Assembly (NCBI GenBank): GCA_040954595.2
Contig: CM082593.2
Coordinates: 7,290,043 to 7,354,042, forward strand
Direction of reading: 5' to 3'
DNA from: Balanoglossus misakiensis
Lineage: Eukaryota; Animalia; Hemichordata
DNA: 64,000 nt
Shown: positions 28,165 to 40,438 of the stretch, in pieces
Position numbering within the stretch: position 1 is the stretch's first letter
How the letters are laid out: each line of letters begins with the position of its first letter
Notes under the pieces: model-generated
What the model saw: the letters and a program-made list of their open reading frames with translations, nothing else
What the model was told of the DNA's origin: nothing
The model's database searches: none
Made by a program: the position numbers and the translations under genes

Positions 28165-28441
28165 CTAGTTCATTTTCAATTTTTTGTCTGGCCTTCTACA
28201 AAATCGGCACAGTTTCCGGCATGTCCACATCAAAATACCCATTATCACGAAAGTCACCAACAAAACTAGGCCAACGACATCTATGAGGTAGTACTGAATG
28301 AAAGACAAGTTTCTCGCTTGGCTCCGAAGGTGTTGGCCGCCATGTTTGATGACGTAATCGACCCAGAATGCAATGGTCTCCGTGGAGTTCATTGGTCGGT
28401 TTCTGTAGATTTCAGAGTGGCGATCCATGTTGGATTTATAC
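28165..28441 (-). CDS. UGT: UGT exon 4 (TM and ER-retrieval tail)
   Basis: acag|G acceptor; YKSNMDRHSEIYRNRP...YYLIDVVGLVLLV...KKLKMN-TAG. Confidence 0.93.
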
Positions 28442-30905
28442 CTGTAATGGGGGAAATGAAATAGCGATTTTATCTAAATAGTTCCCTTATTGAATAACTA
28501 TCATGAATGTGAAATTAAGAAATTACAGAAATCGACTTCTGTTTCGTATCTTGATATATGTTGAATTTGACTCTAAAGATTACCTTCCTATTACGCTGTA
28601 TGAAAATTTGAAGAATTCAAACACATACTTGTTATCAGCAATTGTTTCCACGATGGCCTCATAGAAGCTCTCTTCTGTGACATCGGAGAAGTGCAAGACA
28701 GTACCCATGCCCTTTTCTTCCACACGTACAGCATTGCTGAGCTGGTCGCCGAAGAACGGCACTGCCAGCATCGGCACGCCGTGGTAAATTGCCTCGTATA
28801 TCCCCATTATTCCAGCTTGGTTGACAAATAGTCGTGTCTTGGGATGACCTGTCAAAAAACAGATGCCATACACAGTCTTTTTGGGTCAGTGTTCTCACCA
28901 GGAACTTACGATAGCTATGGTGACTAATTTACATAACAAAGAATACATTGTTATGTTAATGATGTCAAATATAATTTGTATTCGCATATTTAATTTTAAC
29001 TTGGGGATATATGTTCAAAATAGCTTCGCCTAAATCTGTTGAAACTTGCCTACCAGAATATCTAGTCACCGACTCATATCGGTACATATTATACTTTCAC
29101 ATACTAGTAACACCTTTGTGAGCATATATAGTTTATATGTGGTGCACCTTATGTATATGATATCTAAGTCGGATTCTATTTATAACTGTTACATGATATT
29201 GGTTCAACACTCACCAAGTAAATCATTGAGGGGCAACCATGGCAACAGTTTGGTGTTACTGCCAAGGGTATCTGGTACACTTCCTTCAAATTTCCAAATC
29301 ACCTTCTGGGGTAACTTCGACAGGGCGCTTGCCATAATGCTTGGTAACCTGCCGAGTATTTTGCCTTCAAGACGCGTGACAAACGTTCCAAAGGAGACCA
29401 CCACAACTCCGTTCTCAGCACTCTGCATGAAATCCTCTAGTTCCTGCATAGCACAAGGGATTTAAATCACATTGAAACATAATAACTAAAATAATTCTCT
29501 AGTGTCAGACTCGGCTGTGGTTCTAACCGATTCTCAGAAAGTATGAAAACTTTGAGTGTAGGAGTCACAATTATAGAAAGATTTCAATCATGTCCCGACA
29601 CATATTGAGATAACCCGGGGTGATAACATGATCTGGGGAGTGGGGTCTGGCAGTACAAACCCAAGACCCCATTTTATACCATATTCAACCCCCCCCCCAC
29701 GCACACAAAACATTCCCGTCCTTGAGTTATGTCTATAGTAATTCACTGCAAGCGCTAAAGCTTTTACCCTTTGTCCGTACACATACCTAATTAGGTTGCA
29801 TGGATTGTGCAACCAACTGAATCGGAATCTGAAAACCAGGGTTCAACCTGGAGAGAACTTAGACCGATGAAAAATTTATCAATATTTTACACAGCACATG
29901 CACGAAATACGATGGTTTAACCGAGCAACTGTGATGCAACAGGTGCTTGTAGCTTAATTTGTCATGTCTACCCCCACCCCCTAACACACAGACACACATA
30001 CCGCTCGCCAGGGCCGGGGAAAGACAATCCACACAAAGCTGTGCAACCGAAAAGACCCCATACTATAACATTATGTCTCTGACCTTCGATAGAGGCAAGG
30101 CTGGTTTCGTCGTGATAGACCCGTATGGAATGACATTCGGCATAATAGGTCGTGGGAACTCAAAGGTAAAATCTCGATTCCACAGAATCAGTTCAAAGTC
30201 AGCGAAGAGTTCTAAGACAGAGGACTCGGGTTTGACGTCGTACTTCACGTTAAGCGCATCGACCCCGCCAAACATTAAACCGAGAAAAGGTTTCCCCAAA
30301 ACACAGATTACGGCGTTTGTAAGTCGTTGAAAGAATGTCATTTTGTCAGGAAACGGGGACATTATCCCGGCGGGTACATAGGACGGTGGCATGGGTGTGT
30401 TTGAGAAATTGTCCACCATGAAACTCATAGTACTGATACCCACATAGGGTAGGTTCAACTGATTGACTGGCAAAATGCCACACATCGACGAATCGTCCAA
30501 AATAGCAAGGTCGTACTTCTCCTCTCTCAGCTGACTGATCATTGCGTCGCCGTGTTCCATCATTTCTTCGCAGAGATCAGACAGTATTTTCATCGATACA
30601 CCAAATGCCGAAACGTTCCACGGGTTGACCATGCCCTCTGCTATGACGCCATGCACGAGGTCGGCGAAGTGCTGGCGACCCATTTTCACCTGAATGGCGC
30701 TGACCTCGAACTTCCGGTCCGGTTGGAAATCGCATGGGTGTGCAGACGATATCAGCATCTTCACAAAATGCCCGTGTTCGACGAGAACGTCGGCGACTAT
30801 AGCCAGATCGCTGCAGTGACTAAATCCGTTGCTCGGCACTATCAGAATTCGAGCGGCATGTATCGACGGTGCGAGGACCGAAACGACGAATATGCACCAC
30901 AACAT
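28165..30905 (-). CDS. UGT: UDP-glucuronosyltransferase/UDP-glycosyltransferase (GT1 family, ER membrane), 515 aa; complement(join(28165..28441,28629..28848,29215..29443,30084..30905))
   Basis: caaaATG start and signal peptide; catalytic His (GFSHC) and Asp region (DLAILD); FEFPRPIMPN, GVVVVSFGT, KVIWKF; signature [16 protein letters not shown]...[33 protein letters not shown]; C-terminal TM and KxKxx ER-retrieval tail (KKLKMN). Exons total 1548 nt, in frame. Confidence 0.95.
28629..28848 (-). CDS. UGT: UGT exon 3 (signature motif)
   Basis: acag|GT acceptor, AA|gtatgt donor; GHPKTRLF...PFFGDQ; 220 nt. Confidence 0.93.
29215..29443 (-). CDS. UGT: UGT exon 2
   Basis: cag|GAA acceptor, G|gtgagt donor; ELEDFMQSAENGVVVVSFGT...WLPLNDLL. 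Confidence 0.93.
30084..30905 (-). CDS. UGT: UGT exon 1 (aglycone-binding domain)
   Basis: ATG at 30905, AAG|gtcaga donor, 274 codons. Confidence 0.93.
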
Positions 30906-30978
30906 TTTGACGTGAACGGTGAATAATGACAGCTAGCTCAGAAAGCTTTGAATGGATAACGTGACCTCTGACATGTAA

Positions 30979-31531
30979 GGGAGCCTTCAGTATTTACAAG
31001 GGGGGATGGGCCGAGGGAATCTGGGGGTGGGTCACTTTTTACAAACCAATCTTTGGGAGAGGGTCACCTTTTACAGCTGAAAATTCCTGAATACAAAATC
31101 ACCGATCAGTGTTCTCCCCAGGAATTTCTAATAGCATAACTGCTTATATCCATAACAATGTTAACGATTGTTATGTTAATTAGGTTCTATTGTCTTCTAA
31201 GTAGTGGCCACTTTGCTTTAATTGCTCTGGGGAGAACACACTGATGAAATGCACCATTTTTATACCGGTATGTATGTACATGTATGTACAATATCCACTA
31301 ACACCATCAAAACCACCAAAACCTACACCACCACCACCCTGCCGCCATCATTATCATCATCATGGAACAAAAGTTGCCTGAGTAGAGGTCCAACTATGCC
31401 ATATAAAACAATAGACAAGGGGGAGGGTCACATTATAGAAGGGAGGATATGGGGGAGGGTCACATTTAAGAGTCCAGGTGTACGATGAATTACCCCGGCC
31501 CACCCACCTCCTGTAAATACTGAAGGCTCCC
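30979..31531. mobile_element. PIF/Harbinger-type MITE
   Basis: 20-bp perfect TIR GGGAGCCTTCAGTATTTACA / TGTAAATACTGAAGGCTCCC with TAA duplicated on both sides. Confidence 0.85.
31107..31243. mobile_element. Small CAGTG-ended MITE nested in the Harbinger MITE
   Basis: CAGTGTTCTCCCCAG ... CTGGGGAGAACACACTG inverted ends; a related left end starts at about 28887. Confidence 0.5.
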
Positions 31532-32015
31532 TAAATGTCACAAGGCAGGCATTGACTGTTCTTCTGCATGCGGAGAATGCCGAGGGGTACATGTTTACAT
31601 ATGTTAGATGTTATTCTAGAAGACTCATCTATTGATGTTTAGTTGTTAGCTGTAATGATGGTGTTGAATAATGCTCCATCATTGACGGCAGACAATGGTT
31701 GCAGTAAGTTTCATACTGACTGTGTTATCACATGTGTTCGCAATGGGTGCCAACACCCAATCAAAGAACTTTACAGTGACAAGTTATATTACCTTTTTGT
31801 ATTGCTGCAAATATGTTCCATGAATAAAAATCAAACAATTTACCAAAATGTTTCTGGGAAATGCTAGCGTCACCACAATATTGGATATATTATAAGTAAC
31901 CATTTATGAGCTTTAATTAATTGTTCCCCAAGCATAAGCAGATTTAAACCTCCAAATGACTGAAATAGCAAGTTGATTAGTTCATATATGGCCCCAAAAT
32001 GGCCAAAAACAATAA

Positions 32016-35000
32016 CCCAAGTTCTGTATTTTGACAATAAAATGTCAAGACCCCCAAGTTCTGTTCTTTGACAATAAAATGTCAAGACCCCCCCTAGTTC
32101 TGTACTTTGACAATAAATGTCAAGACCCATGTAGTTCTGTTCTTTGACAATAATATGTCAAGACCCCTAGTTCTGTTCTTTGACAATAAAATGTCAAGAC
32201 CCCCTAGTTCTGTTCTTTGACAATAAAATGTCAAGACCCCTAGTTCTGTTCTTTGACAATAAAATGTCAAGACCCCCTAGTTCTGTTCTTTGACAATAAA
32301 ATGTCAAAACCCCCAAGTTCTGTACTTTGACAATAAAATGTCAAGACCTCCCCAGTTCTGTTCTTTGACAATAAAATGTCAAGACCCCTAGTTCTGTTCT
32401 TTGACAATAAAATGTCAAGACCCCCTAGTTCTGTTCTTTGACAATAAATGTCAAGACCCCCCTAGTTCTGTTCTTTGACAATAAAATGTCAAAACCCCCA
32501 AGTTCTGTACTTTGACAATAAAATGTCAAGACCCCCCCCCCCCCAAGTTCTATACTTTGACAATAAAATGTCAAGACCTCCCCAGTTCTGTTCTTTGACA
32601 ATAAAATGTCAAGACCCTCAAGTTCTGTACTTTGACAATAAAATGTCAAGACCCCCAAGTTCTGTTCTTTGACAATAAAATGTCAAGACCCCCTAGTTCT
32701 GTTCTTTGACAATAAATGTCAAAACCCCCAAGTTCTGTTCTTTGACAATAAAATGTCAAGACCCCCTAGTTCTGTTCTTTGACAATAAATGTCAAGACCC
32801 CCCTAGTTCTGTTCTTTGACAATAAAATGTCAAGACTTCCCCAGTTCTGTTCTTTGACAATAAAATGTCAAGACCCCCTAGTTCTGTTCTTTGACAATAA
32901 AATGTCAAGACCCCCTAGTTCTGTTCTTTGACAATAAAATGTCAAGACCCCCTAGTTCTGTTCTTTGACAATAAAATGTCAAGACCCCCAAGTTCTGTTC
33001 TTTGACAATAAATGTCAAGACCCCCCTAGTTCTGTTCTTTGACAATAAAATGTCAAGACCCCCTAGTTCTGTTCTTTGACAATAAAATGTCAAGACCCCC
33101 CCCCCAAGTTCTATACTTTGACAATAAAATGTCAAGACCCCCAAGTTCTGTACTTTGACAATAAAATGTCAAAACCCCCAAGTTCTGTTCTTTGACAATA
33201 AAATGTCAAGACCTCCCCAGTTCTGTTCTTTGACAATAAAATGTCAAGACCCCCTAGTTCTGTTCTTTGACAATAAATGTCAAGACCCCCCTAGTTCTGT
33301 TCTTTGACAATAAATGTCAAGACCCCCCTAGTTCTGTTCTTTGACAATAAAATGTCAAGACCCCCTAGTTCTGTTCTTTGACAATAAAATGTCAAGACCT
33401 CCCCAGTTCTGTTCTTTGACAATAAAATGTCAAGACCCCCTAGTTCTGTTCTTTGACAATAAAATGTCAAGACCCCCCTAGTTCTGTTCTTTGACAATAA
33501 AATGTCAAGACCCCCCTAGTTCTGTTCTTTGACAATAAAATGTCAAGACCCCCTAGTTCTGTTCTTTGACAATAAAATGTCAAGACCCCCTAGTTCTGTT
33601 CTTTGACAATAAATGTCAAGACCCCCCTAGTTCTGTTCTTTGACAATAAATGTCAAGACCCCCTAGTTCTGTTCTTTGACAATAAATGTCAAGACCCCCT
33701 AGTTCTGTTCTTTGACAATAAAATGTCAAGACCCCCTAGTTCTGTTCTTTGACAATAAAATGTCAAGACCCCTAGTTCTGTTCTTTGACAATAAAATGTC
33801 AAGACCCCCTAGTTCTGTTCTTTGACAATAAAATGTCAAAACCCCCAAGTTCTGTACTTTGACAATAAAATGTCAAGACCTCCCCAGTTCTGTTCTTTGA
33901 CAATAAAATGTCAAGACCCCTAGTTCTGTTCTTTGACAATAAAATGTCAAGACCCCCTAGTTCTGTTCTTTGACAATAAATGTCAAGACCCCCCTAGTTC
34001 TGTTCTTTGACAATAAAATGTCAAAACCCCCAAGTTCTGTACTTTGACAATAAAATGTCAAGACCCCCCCCCCAAGTTCTATACTTTGACAATAAAATGC
34101 CAAGACCTCCCCAGTTCTGTTCTTTGACAATAAAATGTCAAGACCCTCAAGTTCTGTACTTTGACAATAAAATGTCAAGACCCCCAAGTTCTGTTCTTTG
34201 ACAATAAAATGTCAAGACCCCCTAGTTCTGTTCTTTGACAATAAATGTCAAAACCCCCAAGTTCTGTTCTTTGACAATAAAATGTCAAGACCCCCTAGTT
34301 CTGTTCTTTGACAATAAATGTCAAGACCCCCCTAGTTCTGTTCTTTGACAATAAAATGTCAAGACTTCCCCAGTTCTGTTCTTTGACAATAAAATGTCAA
34401 GACCCCCTAGTTCTGTTCTTTGACAATAAAATGTCAAGACCCCCTAGTTCTGTTCTTTGACAATAAAATGTCAAGACCCCCTAGTTCTGTTCTTTGACAA
34501 TAAAATGTCAAGACCCCCAAGTTCTGTTCTTTGACAATAAATGTCAAGACCCCCCTAGTTCTGTTCTTTGACAATAAAATGTCAAGACCCCCTAGTTCTG
34601 TTCTTTGACAATAAAATGTCAAGACCCCCCCCCAAGTTCTATACTTTGACAATAAAATGTCAAGACCCCCAAGTTCTGTACTTTGACAATAAAATGTCAA
34701 AACCCCCAAGTTCTGTTCTTTGACAATAAAATGTCAAGACCTCCCCAGTTCTGTTCTTTGACAATAAAATGTCAAGACCCCCTAGTTCTGTTCTTTGACA
34801 ATAAATGTCAAGACCCCCCTAGTTCTGTTCTTTGACAATAAATGTCAAGACCCCCCTAGTTCTGTTCTTTGACAATAAAATGTCAAGACCCCCTAGTTCT
34901 GTTCTTTGACAATAAAATGTCAAGACCTCCCCAGTTCTGTTCTTTGACAATAAAATGTCAAGACCCCCTAGTTCTGTTCTTTGACAATAAAATGTCAAGA

Positions 35001-37990
35001 CCCCCCTAGTTCTGTTCTTTGACAATAAAATGTCAAGACCCCCCTAGTTCTGTTCTTTGACAATAAAATGTCAAGACCCCCTAGTTCTGTTCTTTGACAA
35101 TAAAATGTCAAGACCCCCTAGTTCTGTTCTTTGACAATAAATGTCAAGACCCCCCTAGTTCTGTTCTTTGACAATAAATGTCAAGACCCCCTAGTTCTGT
35201 TCTTTGACAATAAATGTCAAGACCCCCTAGTTCTGTTCTTTGACAATAAAATGTCAAGACCCCCTAGTTCTGTTCTTTGACAATAAATGTCAAGACCCCC
35301 CTAGTTCTGTTCTTTGACAATAAAATGTCAAACCCCCCCTAGTTCTGTACTTTGATTATAAATGTCAAGACCCCCCTAGTTCTGTTCTTTGACAATAAAA
35401 TGTCAAGACCCCCTAGTTCTGTTCTTTGACAATAAAATGCCAAGACCTCCCCAGTTCTGTTCTTTGACAATAAAATGTCAAGACCCCCTAGTTCTGTTCT
35501 TTGACAATAAAATGTCAAGACCCCCTAGTTCTGTTCTTTGACAATAAATGTCAAGACCCCCCTAGTTCTGTTTTTTGACAATAAATGTCAAGACCCCCTA
35601 GTTCTGTTCTTTGACAATAAAATGTCAAGACCTCCCCAGTTCTGTTCTTTGACAATAAAATGTCAAGACCCCCTAGTTCTGTTCTTTGACAATAAAATGT
35701 CAAGACCCCCTAGTTCTGTTCTTTGACAATAAATGTCAAGACCCCCTAGTTCTGTTCTTTGACAATAAAATGTCAAGACCCCCTAGTTCTGTTCTTTGAC
35801 AATAAATGTCAAGACCCCCCTAGTTCTGTTCTTTGACAATAAAATGTCAAGACCCCCTAGTTCTGTTCTTTGACAATAAAATGTCAAGACCCCCTAGTTC
35901 TGTTCTTTGACAATAAAATGTCAAGACCCCCTAGTTCTGTTCTTTGACAATAAAATGTCAAGACCCCCTAGTTCTGTTCTTTGACAATAAATGTCAAGAC
36001 CCCCCTAGTTCTGTTCTTTGACAATAAATGTCAAGACCCCCTAGTTCTGTTCTTTGACAATAAAATGTCAAGACCTCCCCAGTTCTGTTCTTTGACAATA
36101 AAATGTCAAGACCCCCTAGTTCTATTCTTTGACAATAAAATGTCAAGACCCCCTAGTTCTGTTCTTTGACAATAAATGTCAAGACCCCCTAGTTCTGTTC
36201 TTTGACAATAAAATGTCAAGACCCCCTAGTTCTGTTCTTTGACAATGTCAAGACCCCCTAGTTCTGTTCTTTGACAATAAAATGTCAAGACCTCCCCAGT
36301 TCTGTTCTTTGACAATAAAATGTCAAGACCCCCTAGTTCTGTTCTTTGACAATAAAATGTCAAGACCCCCTAGTTCTGTTCTTTGACAATAAATGTCAAG
36401 ACCCCCCTTAGCTAGTTCTGTTCTTTGACAATAAAATGTCAAAACCCCCAAGTTTTGTACTTTGACAATAAAATGTCAAAACCCCTATGTTCTGTACTTT
36501 GACAATAAAATGTCAAGCCCCCCCCCCCACCTTACTGGTAGTTCTGTACTTTGACAATAAAATCTCAAAACCCCCAAGTTCTGTACTTTGATAATAAAAT
36601 GTCAAAACCCCCAAGTTCTGTACTTTGATAATAAAATGTCAAAACCACCAAGTTCTTTACTTTGACAATAAAATGTCAACCCCCCCCCCCCAAGTTCTGT
36701 ACTTTGACAATAAAATGTCAAGACCCCCAAGTTCTGTACTTTGACAATAATATGTAAAGCCCCCAAGTTCTGTACTTTGACAATAAAATGTCAAAACCCC
36801 CAAGTTCTGTACTTTGACAATAAAATGTAAAGCCCCCAAGTTCTGTACTTTGACAATAAAATGTCAAAACCCCCAAGTTCTGTACTTTGACAATAAAATG
36901 TCAAAACCCCCAAGTTCTGTACTTTGACAATAAAATGTCAAAACCCCCAAGTTCTGTACTTTGACAATAAAATGTCAAGACCCCCTAGTTCTGTTCTTTG
37001 ACAATAAAATGTCAAAACCCCCAAGTTCTGTACTTTGACAATAAAATGTCAAGCCCCCCCCCCTTTACTGGTAGTTCTGTACTTCGATAATAAAATGTCA
37101 AAACCCCCAAGTTCTGTACTTTGACAATAAAATGTAAAGCCCCCAAGTTCTGTACTTTGACAATAAAATGTCAAAACCCCCAAGTTCTGTACTTTGACAA
37201 TAAAATGTCAAAACCCCCAAGTTCTGTACTTTGACAATAAAATGTCAAAACCCCCAAATTCTGTACTTTGACAATAAAATGTCAAAACCCCCAAGTTCTG
37301 TACTTTGACAATAAAATGTCAAAACCCCCAAGTTCTGTACTTTGACAATAAAATGTCAAGCCCCCCCCCCCCTTTACTGGTAGTTCTGTACTTCGATAAT
37401 AAAATGTCAAAACCCCCCAAGTTCTGTACTTTGACAATAAAATGTCAAAACCCCCAAGTTCTGTACTTTGACAATAAAATGTCAAAACCCCCAAGTTCTG
37501 TACTTTGACAATAAAATGTCAAAACCCCCAAGTTCTGTACTTTGACAATAAAATGTCAAGCCCCCCCCCCTTTACTGGTAGTTCTGTACTTCGATAATAA
37601 AATGTCAAAAACCCCCAAGTTCTGTACTTTGACAATAAAATGTCAAAACCCCCAAGTTCTGTACTTTGACAATAAAATGTCAAAACCCCCCAAGTTCTGT
37701 ACTTTGATAATAAAATGTCAAAAACCCCAAGTTCTGTACTTTGACAATAAATGTCAAAAAACCCAAGTTCTGTACTTTGACAATAAAATGTCAAGACCCC
37801 CAAGTTCTGTACTTTGACAATAAAATGTCAAGACCCCCAAGTTCTGTACTTTGACAATAAAATGTCAAGACCCCCCCCCTCCCGAAGTTCTGTACTTTGA
37901 CAATAAAATGTCAACCCCCCCCCCCCCCCCTTACTGGTAGTTCTGAACTTTGACTAACAAATAAATGTCATTCCCTCCCCTAGTTGGATT
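32016..37990. repeat. Tandem satellite/minisatellite, ~37-bp unit (GTTCTGTTCTTTGACAATAAAATGTCAAGACCCCCTA), roughly 160 copies
   Basis: Directly visible head-to-tail units, varying mainly in C-run and A-run length; degenerate units continue to about 38160. Confidence 0.98.
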
Positions 37991-38549
37991 TTTTATGACT
38001 AACAATAAAATGCCATGCCCTCCCCAACATGACTAGTATTGTAATTTTCTGCCCTGACCAAGTTCTGTCCCACGCTTACTAACAATTCACGCCCAACCTC
38101 AATAAAATGCCATGCCGTGTACTATGTGACAATAACCTGTCATGTCTAAAATGGTCACCCCCTAAGACTGATGCGGCATTAACACTAGGACATGTACTGA
38201 TCTGAATGAATCAGATCCCGTGAGGAGTACGGTGCCCAGAGTACAAATGTCCCAGTAGAAAACGCCGAGTTTTGCTACAAAGATCTCCCGCCCATGCCCG
38301 CCAAGGTCTTGCTCTACGAAAAATAGGCGAATGTTACGAACGAACGAACACGTGCTAATAATAGTGTCTGCCACGACTATTACACCAGAACTGCCCTTCA
38401 CAATAAATAAGTAAAAACACAGACTAAGTTGGCGAAGTCTTTACACGAGGTGTCTCCCTCACGAGAAGCCATTTTTATCTGAGTTTGCATACCACATGTA
38501 CCAAGAAGTCACGCCTTTCAGCCTCGTTCGCGGATTACTTCCTATCGAT

Positions 38550-38690
38550 GTATTAATTTTCGCGTTCTCTTATTTCATTCACTGCATCGTTTTCTTATCA
38601 AAAATTATGCGACTTTTTATTTTCACGCTAATTTGACTCTCGCGTATTTCGCGAAAATTTATTGCTCGCGAAAATAAAGTGTTTTAGAGT
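38550..38690. mobile_element. Truncated copy of the 50866-51072 MITE family
   Basis: GTATTAATTTTCGCGTTCTCTTAT...CTCGCGAAAATAAAGTGTTTT aligns by eye with the right two-thirds of that element. Confidence 0.8.
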
Positions 38691-40390
38691 ACTTCCAACG
38701 GAAGAAGCAGAGGAGTCTGGGTAACCGAGACTAGCCCAAGTGATTCAAGCTCCGCCCCAATCATGGAAAATTGACAGTTTCTCTTGCTATGGGATTTCTC
38801 AGTCTGAGAAACAGGGGAAAATTGGATTTTCCATAGTGTTGTGTAGGGCATTGACCTAGTATTTCCGTGACAATTTTGTATAGAAGTTGACTGCATGGAA
38901 AACTGACAATTGAACAGACAAAAGTCAATAACCAGACATCATACGCTTTTCCAGCTAACCATACGGCCTATAACGAGCCTGTTCAGCCGTCATAATAATA
39001 ATAATAGTATAGTCACACAACAGCATGTTCTGTCATCAAATACATGTAGTAAATTCATTGTCACACACCACCAGCGCCATGCACTTCAATAGCTAAAACC
39101 TCACTCGTTTTGTGATTACCAAAACATCTTTTGCACTGTTATGCCATTAAAATTCACCAGTTTTTACATCGCAAAATTGAAATTGGTATCTTTGCTCTAA
39201 ATATATCCCGTAGCGCCCTCTCGTGTTTGGATTTGTCAAGTCAGTGATGTAACAGTAAACGTCAATGGCTCTCCCTCCAGACACACCAGGTGTGGTCGCG
39301 ATGGGGTGTGGACGTGTATTTGCACTTTGCTGGTCGAAATGCGCTTTAGAGCCGCAAGCAACGTTTCTATTCGGTATCTGCAGTCAGTCGAATGAGCGAG
39401 TGTATTCCCCAAACCCTCCTCGACACTGAGCTGGTTTATTGGTGACTGGTGCATCATTTCTCGAGTTTTCTTGTTCTGAGGACCACGGTGTACGGCTTCG
39501 TCATTAGAACATGCTGTCCCGTTGTGTGCCTTGTCCACTTGAAACTTGCGCTACAAAACTTAAACAGCCTTTAGGGATAATTCCGAGAGTTCACGTCAGA
39601 ATTGGTCCGAGATTGAAACAGTTGTTGGCAGAAGTATTTTTGGTCGGCGCTATTTTGGCCCAAGTTTTGGCGATGAACAAGTTTTTCGAGAACACAAAAC
39701 AAGGGAAAAGAGTCGACCATTATCTGCTCACACTTACTCTGGACACGGTACTTCTCACCGAATTACTCGAGTCTATTTTTAATAGTCTCGTATGGGTAAT
39801 TAGTAAGCTGTGAGCATTGGTCGATTCAGGTTTACTGTTTTATAATGGACATCATTCATTGGCTTTATGAGAAAAGAAGGAAAATTGTCATCAGAACACA
39901 CTGGGTCGCTAGCTGTCCCCTTTTATATAACCTTATGGCATTGTTACCGAAAGCGAACAAATTATATAAAGTTTTGGGAACTTGGCGATCAAATATTCTA
40001 TTTGAGGGTGGTGCGTTTCCCAATTCAAGTTGGTCCATGGTGTGAAGGGGTTTCCAAGGTGACCCCTGCTCGTACATTTTATTTTGCCAACAGATGGACA
40101 GGACAGATTGAATGAGAATTCAGAAATAATTTTAGTGCTCATTAGTATGTTACTTTCTAACTAGAATAGGTTTGAAAATATGTCCCTAAATTTAATATAT
40201 TTGTTGCAAACATTAATTGGCTTAGAGACAACATCTATAGGGATAACGCCCAATCAAACAAGATGTCTGGAAGCCATTAGCACTAGCATTGTTTTGATAC
40301 TATAAGTCAGAGATATGGACGAATTTTATGGGGTCAATGGAATTGTTCTGGCGCCTCTATAGCTACGTTAGCACACCTGTTCCAAGAGTG

Positions 40391-40438
40391 TAATCTGGTC
40401 CCCTGCCCCGGTCCATTCAGTGGCAGGGGACCAGGCTA
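40391..40438. mobile_element. 48-bp minimal TIR element
   Basis: CTGGTCCCCTGCC / GGCAGGGGACCAG stem; flanked by CCAAGAGTG / CCAGGAGTG (9-bp TSD, one mismatch). Confidence 0.6.

Noticed and set aside
32425-37817. Many repetitive ORFs (GVLTFYCQSTELGG..., TIKCQNPQVLYFDNK...)
   Set aside because: These are translations of the satellite; unit-length variation constantly shifts frame.
32016-37990. CRISPR-like array: 37-bp repeat with internal palindrome, and TTGACA matching a bacterial -35 box
   Set aside because: Units are head-to-tail with no unique spacers, there are no cas genes, and the context is an intron-containing animal genome.
39236-40142. Cluster of 66-100 aa ORFs with somewhat coding-like composition
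   Set aside because: No recognisable domain in any frame, frequent stops and no consistent splice pattern. It could be a decayed gene or TE, but this cannot be supported without BLASTX.
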